A DNA stretch of 63,396 bases, filler included, from Octopus bimaculoides (Eukaryota): NCBI RefSeq assembly GCF_001194135.2. It is 6 parts of 5 records of this genome, joined end to end, with 100 filler letters (N's around TTAATTAATTAA, not from the genome) between each part and the next. Parts side by side here need not be neighbours in the genome. Positions count along the whole stretch, not along the records: positions 44,744 to 53,534 come from NC_068987.1; positions 53,635 to 59,187 come from NC_068998.1; positions 59,288 to 61,370 come from NW_026437364.1; positions 61,471 to 63,396 come from NC_068983.1; 2 more parts are not named here. One strand, written 5' to 3'. The position numbers and the translations under genes are program-made. The notes under the pieces are model-generated. The model did not search any database. It was not told where the DNA came from and worked only from the letters and a program-made list of their open reading frames with translations. Within the stretch, counting starts at the first letter, position 1; each line of letters starts with the position of its first letter. Below, piece after piece: positions 50,471-62,329 of this stretch.

Positions 50471-50532
50471 GAGGGAGCCTATGCTTTGGCTTTTATGAGC
50501 ACAAACTATCCAGGAGAATGTGTCGTAACACG
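50471..50532 (+). CDS. GFPT1: GFPT/GFAT internal coding exon D (62 nt, phase 0 to 2)
   Basis: Acceptor ttctgcag|GAG, donor CG|gtaagt. Translates EGAYALAFMSTNYPGECVVT(R). Confidence 0.96.
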
Positions 50533-51704
50533 GTAAGTTCTTGTTTTCAGATGTTTACATACAAAAGAAATTATTGTGCATATTAATTGATGATTAAACA
50601 TTGAGATAATTGGTTGTGTGAATTGTGTAACTACATACTATTAGCAGAAAGAGTTGATAGTTCATTTCTCCTTAGAAACACTACATTATTCCTAGGAATA
50701 AACTGTATAACTATCTCTATGATCCAGGCTACCTATAACTTAGATAACTTAAGTTTCAACCAGTATAGGCCCAGGCCATGTCTAACTTAATAGCACCACC
50801 TGGTAAGGGTGCACATTGTTGCTATACAGTGTAAGCATTATAATTGCTATACTGAGTTGAAAATGTACTGTGAGTTTAAATATGGATTGAGGATGTATTT
50901 CAGTGTTAGAGTAGATAAAGTGTTAGGCATTCATATCAACTCTGAGTTTGTATTGTCTGTGGTATACTACTTCACCTTGTTTTCCAGCATGCAAGTTGAA
51001 TTTTTCAGATATAACTTTACAGCCAAAGAAGGTAGGTTAACCTCTCCACCAAGATGACTTTGGAAGACCAAAAATTCCATATAAAATGCATCAGAATTTG
51101 GAAAGATGGTGCCGATGTTTAAATGTTTACTCTACATTTTTATACTATATACTAAGTGAACTTGTTTGCTAGAAAATATGTTAGCAACAAAGTTAAGAAA
51201 AACAACTGTGGTAAACTTTGAGTGTAAAGATGTTAAGTATTTTACTAGTCTACAGATCCTACATCCAGTCTTCTTCTCATAAAGCAAGAGAAATAGATTG
51301 CTTGACCAACAAATTATATAACAATAATTATAATGATGATAATTAAAAAAGAAAAAGTTACCAAAGGTTTTTTTTCTTAGTTCTTTTGTGATGATATGCC
51401 AGTAAAAATCAGACTGGAAATAAAAATTGAAGTGATGTGTATTGTTGATTAACATTCCAGATGGTGTCCTTCACTGAGGAACATAAACCTAAACACTTGT
51501 CTCTACTTTATTTCACAACACAACATACTTAATTCACTTGATTACTATTTTGTTTTCCACATTTACATTTGTAATCAATCAAGCAATAAAAAGGACTAAT
51601 ATTTTCCTTTGTGATCTAAATATTTGTTCATATTAATTGCTCATATGTTGGTTTGACTTATCAAACACAAATATTATCTTGTTATTTTGTCACATTATTT
51701 ACAG

Positions 51705-51784
51705 ACGTGGAAGTCCTTTACTGATAGGAATCAAAAGTAACTCTAAATTAACAACAGACAACATTCCTGTTTTGTATAGCAAAG
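51705..51784 (+). CDS. GFPT1: GFPT/GFAT internal coding exon E (80 nt, phase 2 to 1)
   Basis: Acceptor tttacag|A, donor G|gttagt. Translates RGSPLLIGIKSNSKLTTDNIPVLYSK. Phases of exons A-E join into one open frame of 462 nt. The GFPT1 versus GFPT2 label is nominal for an invertebrate. Confidence 0.95.
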
Positions 51785-52404
51785 GTTAGTTACATCAGCT
51801 AAATAAGAACTTTGTTTGATGTTTTGTTTATTTCCATTTTTTTTTCAATTTTCAAAGCATGTTTTAGCATGTAAGTCTTTTCTGTTAAGTGTTGCATTTC
51901 ATAACGTGTGATGTATGTATGATTTCATTTCCCTTTTTGCTGTATAACATTTTTATTTAATACAAAGGTTTATAAGCACACAATTTATTTTTTACCACTT
52001 ATCAGGTTTACATACCATTTTTTTTAAACCTTCCTTGTAAATAATACTTTAGAGAGGGTGGACTTTGAATTGTACATGATACAGGATATCAGTGATAAAA
52101 CAAACAGCCTATCAAGGATTAAAGGAGATTTTTCCATTCATAAAAGAAATAGTCCTTTTACAAGGAATGAAGTAAATTCAAAATCTCCTTTGATAGTTAA
52201 GATAGCAGTCATTTTTATTTGATTTCAATACATTCCCTTATCCATTTTCTTAAAATAGTATCTTTGTCATAGTCATGATGCTCTGCTTTAGTTAGAATTA
52301 AAAGACCTTGTTCAATGAAATGAATTATTATTGAATTAAATTTGACACAAAATCACTAGATCTTAGACTCAATTTTTGTTTCTATCTACATTAATAAAAT
52401 ATGA

Positions 52405-52718
52405 TAAGCAATGTTAAATCTCTGAACAAGGTATTAACAGTAACTGCACGACAAGGTGAAGTATATTTGCCACTTAAATGTGGCTGACCCCTAAGGGTGG
52501 ATGTTACTGTTGCTTTTAGCACCAGGAGAACATCTCCTCCAGCTGGCTATTGACACACATCTGTGTCCTGTCTGCATTTGCAAAGGGAAGTCATCCTTCC
52601 CATCATGATCTGCGATACGTACGGACTCGAGTTTCTGGGTATTTACCCATCCTCAGCGCACGACAATCACCGACCTTCGATGCGAATAATGTCCCGATGC
52701 AAATGCGTATATACTTTT
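52405..52718. repeat. Hairpin-rich dispersed repeat, copy 2 (downstream of GFPT exon E)
   Basis: Matches 31835-31999 and extends about 150 nt further with more hairpins. It keeps many CpGs. The right boundary is uncertain. Confidence 0.8.
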
Positions 52719-53441
52719 TCCAGTGAAAATCTTCACTGATCTCGAAAAAGGGATAGTTTTCACAAAAAAAAAACAAAAAAAATCCTGCATAAGTAAATGT
52801 TTTGCAAAATTATATTTACCAAAACAACAATTTCGATTTCTTCTTATCTTTCTTTTACTTTATACAACTCATCAATGTTTAGTAAGCACCCTTCAAAATA
52901 AGTGTGCAGTTACTCTCATCAAAGAAAAATGTTTTAAAGACCATAGTTAGGACAACCCATTAGATCAATTAGAATATTTTATAAATTGCGAAATTTCTGA
53001 AATACTAAATCTGTGGGAGTACAATTACTGTGAGGTTATGGTGTTGTGCTACTTACCAAATGATCATAAACGCAACTCTCTGAGAGCAATTTCATTGTGA
53101 TATCCTTATCTCTCCAGCAAAATATATAATTTAAATGGATATTATGGAGTGGTTCATTATTTCTAACTTCAGTAGTATGCTACCACTATATCACTAATTC
53201 CTTAACTTCTAAGTATATTGGATGTGAATCTTCCAGCTTTGATAAATACTAAATTGTCATGTTTAATGCACCTTTGCAGTTTAATATAGTACTTTTTACT
53301 TATAGTATTTACAAAAATTATTAAAGCATGAAGTCTTTTCTTTTTTTCTCTCTTCCTTAAAGCTGCACTTTCATGACCATACTTAATGGTATTGATTACA
53401 ATATAGTATGAACCTGCTTTTTTTTTTTGTGTGTGTGTGTG

Positions 53442-53534
<93 letters not shown>

Positions 53535-53634
53535 NNNNNNNNNNNNNNNNNNNNNNNNNNNNNNNNNNNNNNNNNNNNTTAATTAATTAANNNNNNNNNN
53601 NNNNNNNNNNNNNNNNNNNNNNNNNNNNNNNNNN
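53535..53634. other. Artificial 100-bp assembly spacer
   Basis: N44, TTAATTAATTAA at 53579-53590, N44. Confidence 0.93.
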
Positions 53635-56599
53635 ATATATATATATATATACTTGTATATAAATATATACTAGGCGTAATGCCCGTCGTGGATCGAGTAA
53701 TTAATTTTACTCTCTCTCTCTCTCTCTGGAGTCACATTGAAATTGTTATTGTTCATATAGATTTACTTGTCCTGTATATGTGTATCTTATAAGAGAAAAA
53801 CATGTAATAATGCAAGTAGAAAAAAGATCAATTTCATACGTAAACTTCTGTTTCTTTATTATAGAACAATAATCAGTGAATTGTATGTGTTATTTCTATA
53901 TATCAATACATCAATGCCAGTTATATAATACACAAGTCTTTGTTTGGCACACAGCTGTAATTACAGACAATTTCCGAACGTGGAACACAGCAGGACTCGA
54001 ACCAAAGCGACATGGCTGGAAAGCAAACTTCTTAAACAAGAACACCTGTAAAGGAGGGATACATTTTGGATAATATACTCCTTCATACAATATACTTAAC
54101 AAAAAGATGGGATGTTTACCGCGAGAAGACATTTCATATTAATATTTACTTGACCAACACAAAAACTAACAATGCTACATCATACAGAGTGTTCCAGAAC
54201 TAACTATCTGTTTCAATGAAATTAAGCAAATTTTAAATAAACTGACAGTACCTTATGTTTATAACTTATGATACCAGCTGCACACACCCTCACACACATG
54301 ACCCGGTCCAGCGCGGCGTGGTAACATGAAACATCAACAAATACTTTAATGTTCTTCTCATTTCCTCTGCTAAATTGGATAAAAAAGGTTTTCGTAAAAT
54401 ATTATACGCTATTTATAATGTATAAGTTGTGTCAATACTTTATCATCGGAAAATGACCTAAATCAACGATAAAATCCAGGAGAGTATACTAAAATCTGGT
54501 TAATATGCATTTTTTGGGGTGGGGAAATAATCGGCGTCGGAAATTTCTTTATAGTCAGTAGCAATTCGAGGAGCCTGATTAATGTTTGCAGCAAATTTGA
54601 GGGAAAGCAGCTGGGTACCCTTCCCGTTACGAGCCTTAATGCGAAAATGATTTTAAAATGAGGTTTATCGGCCCCTGCATCCCGATTAGGCAAGACATTG
54701 AAAATTGTTTTGGTCCATGACATTCCATGGACGCTTGCTAATGCATGTGTAAAAGTTGAAGGATATTGGTTTGGTACGTTTCGAGTTTTAGGGATTCACA
54801 CAGACAGAAAGAGAGATAGACAAACATTCTCAGTTTTATAGCCTTTCTGGTTTGTTTAAAAATAATATATGTAGTATGAAAAGGTCTAAGTTTATATTCA
54901 TCAAATTTGGCTGAAATTGATGTGTGGGTGTTTGGCCCATTCGGATGTGCAATAATCCAAATAAGCGGTTATTTTTTTTTCGATTCTGGGTACGGTTAGT
55001 TCATCATTTTTCAGTCATTAGCGTTTATTTAAACATTGTCGCTTCAAATCGGAGAATATAATTATTATGATATATTATTATACAGATATATATCTATAAA
55101 AATAATGATGAAGTGGCAGCAATCATAATCCAAATATGCAAAATATGCAAAATAGAATGTCAGGGCACAATGTGCACCTGTTTGCTTGAAAGCGCAAATC
55201 CATGCATCTCTCACTATATACGGGCACGCACGGAGAATACAGCAAATATATTTCTACGAAGCAGTCGTCTCACTTGCAATAGACATCATAGTATCAATTG
55301 ATTTCGCTTTCTACGTCGAACCAACACTTAAGGCTCATCAGCTAGGCTAACTACGTAAACTATTTCAAAAAGCCCATTTACCTTCCCATGGTCGTTGTTC
55401 AGCTGAAGGCTCTAGGACTTCCAAACGAACATTAGTGAGCAAGTATAAAGCATATACATGAGTAACGATGGTTTTTCAGAAAAATAAAATAACTTGTCTC
55501 CGATACCTTTTAACTTTGTAGACTTCCTTTCAATAAATTCTCATATTTCAATAGATATAACTTCTATTATACACAGAAATTGTTATATGTTCAAAAAGAA
55601 TGAGTGATTTGAATATAATTAAAATTATGTCTGAAGAGCTGTATGTGTTTCTTGCAAAGAATATTTCCTATAATAACACCACAAGAAGAACATAAATCAA
55701 TTATATGCCCGAGAACTATAAAAATAGTTGATAAAAACATCTTCCTTTTTCTTACCGTTTTATTTCTCCTGTTTGTATTTTTGTGTTTTATGTAACGAAT
55801 TTCTTCGTTTATTGCTAAATTCTTCCGTTAAAATTCTGACGAAACTGACTTCCTACATTTGCTAAGACGAAATTTATTTGAAGTGAACTGATTAATAATA
55901 AAGTAGTGTTTTTTATTCTGAAAAAATGTACATCATAAATTATCCAAGACGCATGGGAATTCATTCTCATAAATATCGCTCAACTACTTCGCACATAATC
56001 TACGCATAGATAAATTATTGGCCTCATCCTTCACTTCTATCTGTCCGTCTTTATGCTTCACGTCTTATATGGTAGAGCTTCTACTAAAAACCACCTGATA
56101 ACATTTTAGGCAAAATTAAAACGAAAACAATGGATATTTTATCCAGGGTAGAAGTAATAAAAAATTATATTTTGTAAAACGAAATTAGATCTAACACACA
56201 TCCTTAATAACCATATCTTTTCTGTTTTCCTTTCCTTTGTATTTTTGCCTTAAGCAATCTACTTGCATATGGTGGACAATTTCGTCATGTGTGGCGAATA
56301 TATTTCTGTAATTATAAAATGTACAAAACGCTAAGTCATTGCGTTTTGGACACTGAACTGAAAGAGTACCAAGATAGAAAAGAAAAAAAATTGTCTTTAA
56401 TAATGCTGAAGCATACACACACTCAAATTCGCACATATGCACGCGCGCGCGCACGTACACACGCACACACACACACACACACGCGCGCGCGCACACGTAT
56501 ATGTACAATGTAAACATCATACTATCAGGTGGGTTCTGAAAATAAACCCATAGTACATATAGTTAATTATCGATGTATGTAAACAGGAAGAAAAAATTA

Positions 56600-57245
56600 A
56601 GCTAGATCACTTAAAGATCATCACAATACTCAATTAATCAATTGTCTGTATTATATCAAGAAAATGCAGGGTATTCAGATTTCAAAGCGTCATGCACTTA
56701 CTGAAATTTTTGAGCATACATGTTAGTGATCATAGCATATGACCATCTTGGACAAGCAGGAAGTGAAATACCCCTCGAAAGTTAAGCTGGTTGCATGAGC
56801 GTCTTTTCAAATCTATGGTTGGCCGTAATGAAGCAACTTAGTTTTGTTATTAGGACCTTATTAGGGCCAACCTTCCATCAACAGTTACAATTCAACGTCA
56901 AAAATGGACGTCTTAAGGATTTGTGAGGAGCTGTTTGCAAATATTCTCACAGCACTTATTTATGGCCATTGCACAAGGAGCGTTTCAGTAGTATCTGTTC
57001 ACAAATCTTAGTCCAATACTGTGTGAAGCACCAAGATCTCCAGATAATACTCAAGTCCTTGTGCTTTGCTAATATTCAACATTTCCAAGGAAGAATTCAT
57101 ATTCCACAAAATAAGGTTTCTCTGTTTTCGGCTTGCCTTTGAGTCTGTTGCCACATTCCAGTTTTATGCTTCATGTTCGTTGAAAGTTCTCGGGGATTCC
57201 ACATCATTGATTTCATTTCGCGGTGCACCTTTTCTAGTGGTATCA
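56600..57245 (-). mobile_element. Highly degenerate mariner transposase relic
   Basis: Minus-strand peptides LSGDLGASHS (second HTH-like), ICKQLL, IVTVDG (RIVTGDE-like) and RGVFHFLL in the expected order; many stops. Confidence 0.5.
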
Positions 57246-57366
57246 TAAAATACATTTAATTACAATATTGATCGGTATTCATTGTCAAAGTTATAAAATA
57301 AAGTGTACATAACTAATTTTGTATGTTGCTATTATTATTATTATTATTATTATTATCATTATTATT

Positions 57367-57806
57367 CAGTAGTTTTATTTTTATAACGTGCTTTCACTTC
57401 ACTACCGAGCGCAGCTCTGTGCGCCTTGGGTATGTGCTGTGGTTTGCTGTGGTGCTCTTATGTTTACTGTATTGAAAGTGTTTTGCGTAGAATGTGTGCA
57501 GTACCCAGTAGTGCAATTTTCTGTATGTTATATATATTTGTAAGTCCTGGTGTTTTTGTTATGTATTTGTCTGAATATTTTTTTTATTATACCTAAGGCA
57601 CCTACTATGATAGGAATTGTTTCTGTTTTTAGATTCCACATTCGAGTTATCTCTATTTCCAGGTCTTTGTATTTTGAAAGTTTTTCCATTTCTTTTAGAG
57701 AAACGTTGTCATCTGCTGGTATTGAAACATCAATTAGAAGGCATTTTTTTCCTTCATGATCTTTGACAACTATATCTGGTCTATTTACCTTAATTTCTCT
57801 ATCTGT

Positions 57807-57807
<1 letters not shown>
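57367..57807 (-). mobile_element. 5'-truncated R4/Dong-like LINE (RLE plus 3' UTR) flanked by (TAT)n on both sides
   Basis: HTDREIKVNRPDIVVKDHEGKKCLLIDVSIPADDNVSLKEMEKLSKYKDLEIEI..., with one frameshift in an A-run. Same family as 21567-21783. Confidence 0.92.
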
Positions 57808-57900
<93 letters not shown>

Positions 57901-57934
57901 CATCATCATCATCATCATCATTATTATTATTATT

Positions 57935-59046
57935 GTCTCTGCACAACTTTTAACACTGGAGATGTACTACGGTGTCAGCTGTTCTCTACCAGTGAACTGT
58001 GAACTAATTTTACACACCTTATTTTTAGAGCACCTTCCAGAGTCTTCCAGCACGTCGAACCAGTGCTGTTTTCTGCAAGTGTTCAACCCTTAATGCGGCC
58101 CATATTTGTTCCATGTATTTCTGCTCCATATCTAAGCAATGAAACAGCCCAGGTTTTGATAGCTTCAATCTTACTCCGTCTGTTTAATTTCGACGTAAGT
58201 ATTAGCCTCAGTCTGCGCAATTACTCCACCTTAAATTTTTCTTTCATTTCTTTCTCCATCAATTTATCCATTTCTAAAATCCCCAAGTACTTATAGCCCG
58301 TCTCATCTATCTGCTCCATAACCTCCACCAACGGTAACTTTAGCCCGTCTATACATTTGATTTTGCCTCATTTCAACGCTAACACACCACACTTTTTCAG
58401 TTCGAACTCCATTCTACTATCAATACACACAATATCAACGAGGGAACTGACTTGGGATTTATCTTTACCATAACGTTTGAGGTCATCCTCGAATAAAAAA
58501 TGATTGACTTTTTGCTGGCGGCTTTTGAATTCATACCCAGGTTTTACTTTCCTCTGAATCACTGTTAGTGGTATTAAGCACAGTACAAAAGATAAGTGAG
58601 GACAGGCAATCCCCTTGGAAGATGATCCTCCTGATTTTTACTGTCCTTAAACTTCGTCCGTATGCTGTCAGATCCATCCTCCAATTCGCCATACTTTTTC
58701 CAAGCAATCGCTCAACATTCGATGCAATACGAAATAGTTTCATATTTCAACAATATGGGACCACATCGTACGACTTATAGTAGTCGACCCATGACATAGC
58801 TCAGGTACTTTACCTCATCTTGTACTCTCTAAGTGCAGCTTTGTCTATTAGTATTTGATCCTTGGTACCTCTGCACTTACGCTTGTAAACCTTCTGCTCA
58901 TGTGGCAGGACTCCATTTTTTCTATCAGATGTTCGTACATTGACTCTGCGATTATTCTAGGTTATATTTTCCACATAAGTGGCAAACAGAATATCGGTTT
59001 TAAATTGTCTACCCTATTACGTATTTCGATGTTTTTCAAGTACATC
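57935..59046 (-). mobile_element. R4/Dong-like LINE fragment (RT plus extreme 3' end, internal deletion) flanked by (TAT)n
   Basis: IFQGDCLS, LFEDDLK (YMDD-equivalent), GYKYLG, WAVSLLRYGA, then directly (E)KYMEQ...VEHLQKTAL. Same family as 30640-31800. Confidence 0.9.
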
Positions 59047-59173
<127 letters not shown>

Positions 59174-59187
59174 ATGGTATATATATA

Positions 59188-59287
59188 NNNNNNNNNNNNN
59201 NNNNNNNNNNNNNNNNNNNNNNNNNNNNNNNTTAATTAATTAANNNNNNNNNNNNNNNNNNNNNNNNNNNNNNNNNNNNNNNNNNNN
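59188..59287. other. Artificial 100-bp assembly spacer
   Basis: N44, TTAATTAATTAA at 59232-59243, N44. Confidence 0.93.
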
Positions 59288-59479
59288 GTGTCTGTAATTA
59301 TGTATAAAGATAACGATGGAGGAGATGATGATGCTGATGGTTGTGGTGGTGATGGTCATGACGATGGTCATGACGAAGGGGAAGAGGTGGGGGGGGGAGG
59401 ATACTGAAGCGAAATGGAGGCGGAAGAAGACGTGGCGTAGGAAAACAGAGGACGAAGCGGACCATGATGGCGGTGAACG

Positions 59480-59522
<43 letters not shown>

Positions 59523-60618
59523 CGTGATGATGATGATGGTTATGGTGGTAGTAGTGATGATGATGATGATGATGTTGATGATGGTTATGGTGTNNNNNNN
59601 NNNNNNNNNNNNNNNNNNNNNNNNNNNNNNNNNNNNNNNNNNNNNNNNNNNNNNNNNNNNNNNNNNNNNNNNNNNNNNNNNNNNNNNNNNNNNNNNNNNN
59701 NNNNNNNNNNNNNNNNNNNNNNNNNNNNNNNNNNNNNNNNNNNNNNNNNNNNNNNNNNNNNNNNNNNNNNNNNNNNNNNNNNNNNNNNNNNNNNNNNNNN
59801 NNNNNNNNNNNNNNNNNNNNNNNNNNNNNNNNNNNNNNNNNNNNNNNNNNNNNNNNNNNNNNNNNNNNNNNNNNNNNNNNNNNNNNNNNNNNNNNNNNNN
59901 NNNNNNNNNNNNNNNNNNNNNNNNNNNNNNNNNNNNNNNNNNNNNNNNNNNNNNNNNNNNNNNNNNNNNNNNNNNNNNNNNNNNNNNNNNNNNNNNNNNN
60001 NNNNNNNNNNNNNNNNNNNNNNNNNNNNNNNNNNNNNNNNNNNNNNNNNNNNNNNNNNNNNNNNNNNNNNNNNNNNNNNNNNNNNNNNNNNNNNNNNNNN
60101 NNNNNNNNNNNNNNNNNNNNNNNNNNNNNNNNNNNNNNNNNNNNNNNNNNNNNNNNNNNNNNNNNNNNNNNNNNNNNNNNNNNNNNNNNNNNNNNNNNNN
60201 NNNNNNNNNNNNNNNNNNNNNNNNNNNNNNNNNNNNNNNNNNNNNNNNNNNNNNNNNNNNNNNNNNNNNNNNNNNNNNNNNNNNNNNNNNNNNNNNNNNN
60301 NNNNNNNNNNNNNNNNNNNNNNNNNNNNNNNNNNNNNNNNNNNNNNNNNNNNNNNNNNNNNNNNNNNNNNNNNNNNNNNNNNNNNNNNNNNNNNNNNNNN
60401 NNNNNNNNNNNNNNNNNNNNNNTATAGTCCGCCCTTGAGTATAATATGTTTTATCTTCGAAACGCCTAGTTTTAGAATAGAGGCAGCTGATGAAGGAATA
60501 ATTCCATAAGTGGCCCGTCTGTTTTCCTATGTGTTCATTCTGTTGTCTGTAAACAAAGCCCGTTCATTTTTCTAACGTCCTGTACCCGGATATGCATCTA
60601 TATATACATCTATATATA

Positions 60619-60693
60619 CATGCCACACAGTGAGAATGAACCCGGAACCATGTGGTTGGTAAGCAAGCTACTTGCCACACAGCCACTCCTATG
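60619..60693 (-). mobile_element. SINE head B fragment
   Basis: CCCGGAACCATGTGGTTGGTAAGCAAGCTACTTGCCACACAGCCACTCC. Confidence 0.8.
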
Positions 60694-61370
60694 TATGTAT
60701 GTATGTATGTATGTATGTATGTATGTATTCTCATACATTTACTTGTTACCTACATACACGTTAGAATACGTATACCCAGGAATGCACTGGCAGACAGAAA
60801 TAAGCGTAAGACAAACACATATACAAACCATGAAGAGGAAACACACAAATATATAATTCACACACAGACACTAACAAACACACACACACTCACACGTACA
60901 CACACACACTCACACACACACACGCATGCACATGAAGAAAGTGTCACATACATGCATATACGAACACACACGAGCAGACAGACGAGATGAGAATAAAAAT
61001 GGCGTCGAACTTGAAAATTGCTAGAGTAGAAGGTTTTGGCAGTTGACAAGAGGAAAGGAGAAAAGAGAGCGGTAAAAGGGAGATAAGAAGAATAACAAAA
61101 CAACAAAATTAACGATACCATCGCCATCTTTGACGAAAAGGAAACATGAACAAAAAGGCGGACGGATGTACATAAGATATACACGCATTAACGTACTCCC
61201 ATGTAGATGTGTACACAAATATATGTGCGTGTATGTGCATATGTGTGTATGTGGATATATGTGTGTGAGTGTATGTATTAAATACACGCACAAGGTAACA
61301 ACGACAGACACACACAATTCATAAATGCATATATCTATCTAGGTATACATACATACATACATACATACAT

Positions 61371-61470
61371 NNNNNNNNNNNNNNNNNNNNNNNNNNNNNN
61401 NNNNNNNNNNNNNNTTAATTAATTAANNNNNNNNNNNNNNNNNNNNNNNNNNNNNNNNNNNNNNNNNNNN
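61371..61470. other. Artificial 100-bp assembly spacer
   Basis: N44, TTAATTAATTAA at 61415-61426, N44. Confidence 0.93.
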
Positions 61471-61640
61471 CCCATCGCGATACCACATTTTTGGCGAAAG
61501 TATGTGTCTGCAAACAGGAAGTAATTGTTGGTCAGAATGAACTTAAGTGATTCTATGATGAAAGTTGTGTTGATGCGATTAGGAAATGTTTCTGGGTGTT
61601 TGTGCAGCCAGAATTTAATTGCCTCAATATTATTCATACG
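61471..61640 (-). mobile_element. Penelope-like element RT fragment (type 1)
   Basis: IEAIKFWLHKHPETFPNRINTTFIIESLKFILTNNYFLFADTYFRQKCGIAMG: the NNxFxF...QxxGxAMG motif of Penelope-like RTs. Cut by the spacer. Confidence 0.8.
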
Positions 61641-62328
61641 AAACGTAATACTAATCTTATCGAAAATTATAAACGTGACATTATTAACTTTACATTTATT
61701 AGAATATAAAATAACAGAAATATTAAATACAAATCTAATCTTAACGAATCTTTCCTTTAAAATACAATTTTAACGAAATTTTAGGTTAAACTAAAATTAA
61801 AAACGTAATATAAATAATTTTAATTTTAATATAAACTAACCAAAATTAATTTATATAAAAAATAATTATATCATCAATAAATAAAAGAAAAACATTTAAC
61901 GAAATTATTGAAAAGAAATACAAACTTATCTAATCGAATCTTTAGTTGAAATGAAATTTTAAATGTTATACTATTAACTTAACCTTAATTAGAATATTAA
62001 CTAATAATCAAAGAAATTATATAAAAAATACTTATTTATCCAATAAATCAAAAAGAAATATTAAGCAATATAATTGGAAATAAATGCAACACTAATCTAA
62101 TCGAAGTTTAAGTATAAACTAAAATGTTAAACTGTATACTATCAACTTAGTGTTAAATAGGGTATCGACTAACATTAAATATCAAGTGAATTAATATAAA
62201 AATACATATTTTAGCAATCAATGATAGAAAATCATTTAACAATATTATTGAAAATAAAAGCAATACTTATCTCAACGATGCTATAGTTTAGACTAAAATT
62301 TTAAACGTTATATTAATAACTATAGTAA
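61640..62328. repeat. Degenerate AT-rich tandem array with a period of about 165-175 bp, about 4 copies
   Basis: Units at about 61853, 62018 and 62192 share TATAAAAA(A)TA, CAAT.AAT...GAAAA, A.CT.ATCT.A.CGA and AAATTTTAAA.GTTATA.TA; a partial unit precedes them. Confidence 0.7.
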
Positions 62329-62329
62329 A

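Noticed and set aside
50988-51031. Possible cassette or poison exon in the GFPT intron D-E (ttttcag|...AAG|gtaggt)
   Set aside because: Candidate lengths of 23 or 44 nt shift the frame, and there is only motif-level support.
44744-53534. Inverted SINE pairs in GFPT introns as ADAR editing substrates
   Set aside because: Same-family copies within this piece are co-oriented. The only minus copy (47685-48073) has no plus partner here.
54185-54720. Possible Tc1-like element (TACAGAGTGTTCCAG start, IIG-like peptide)
   Set aside because: No matching right TIR, and transposase similarity is too weak to support.
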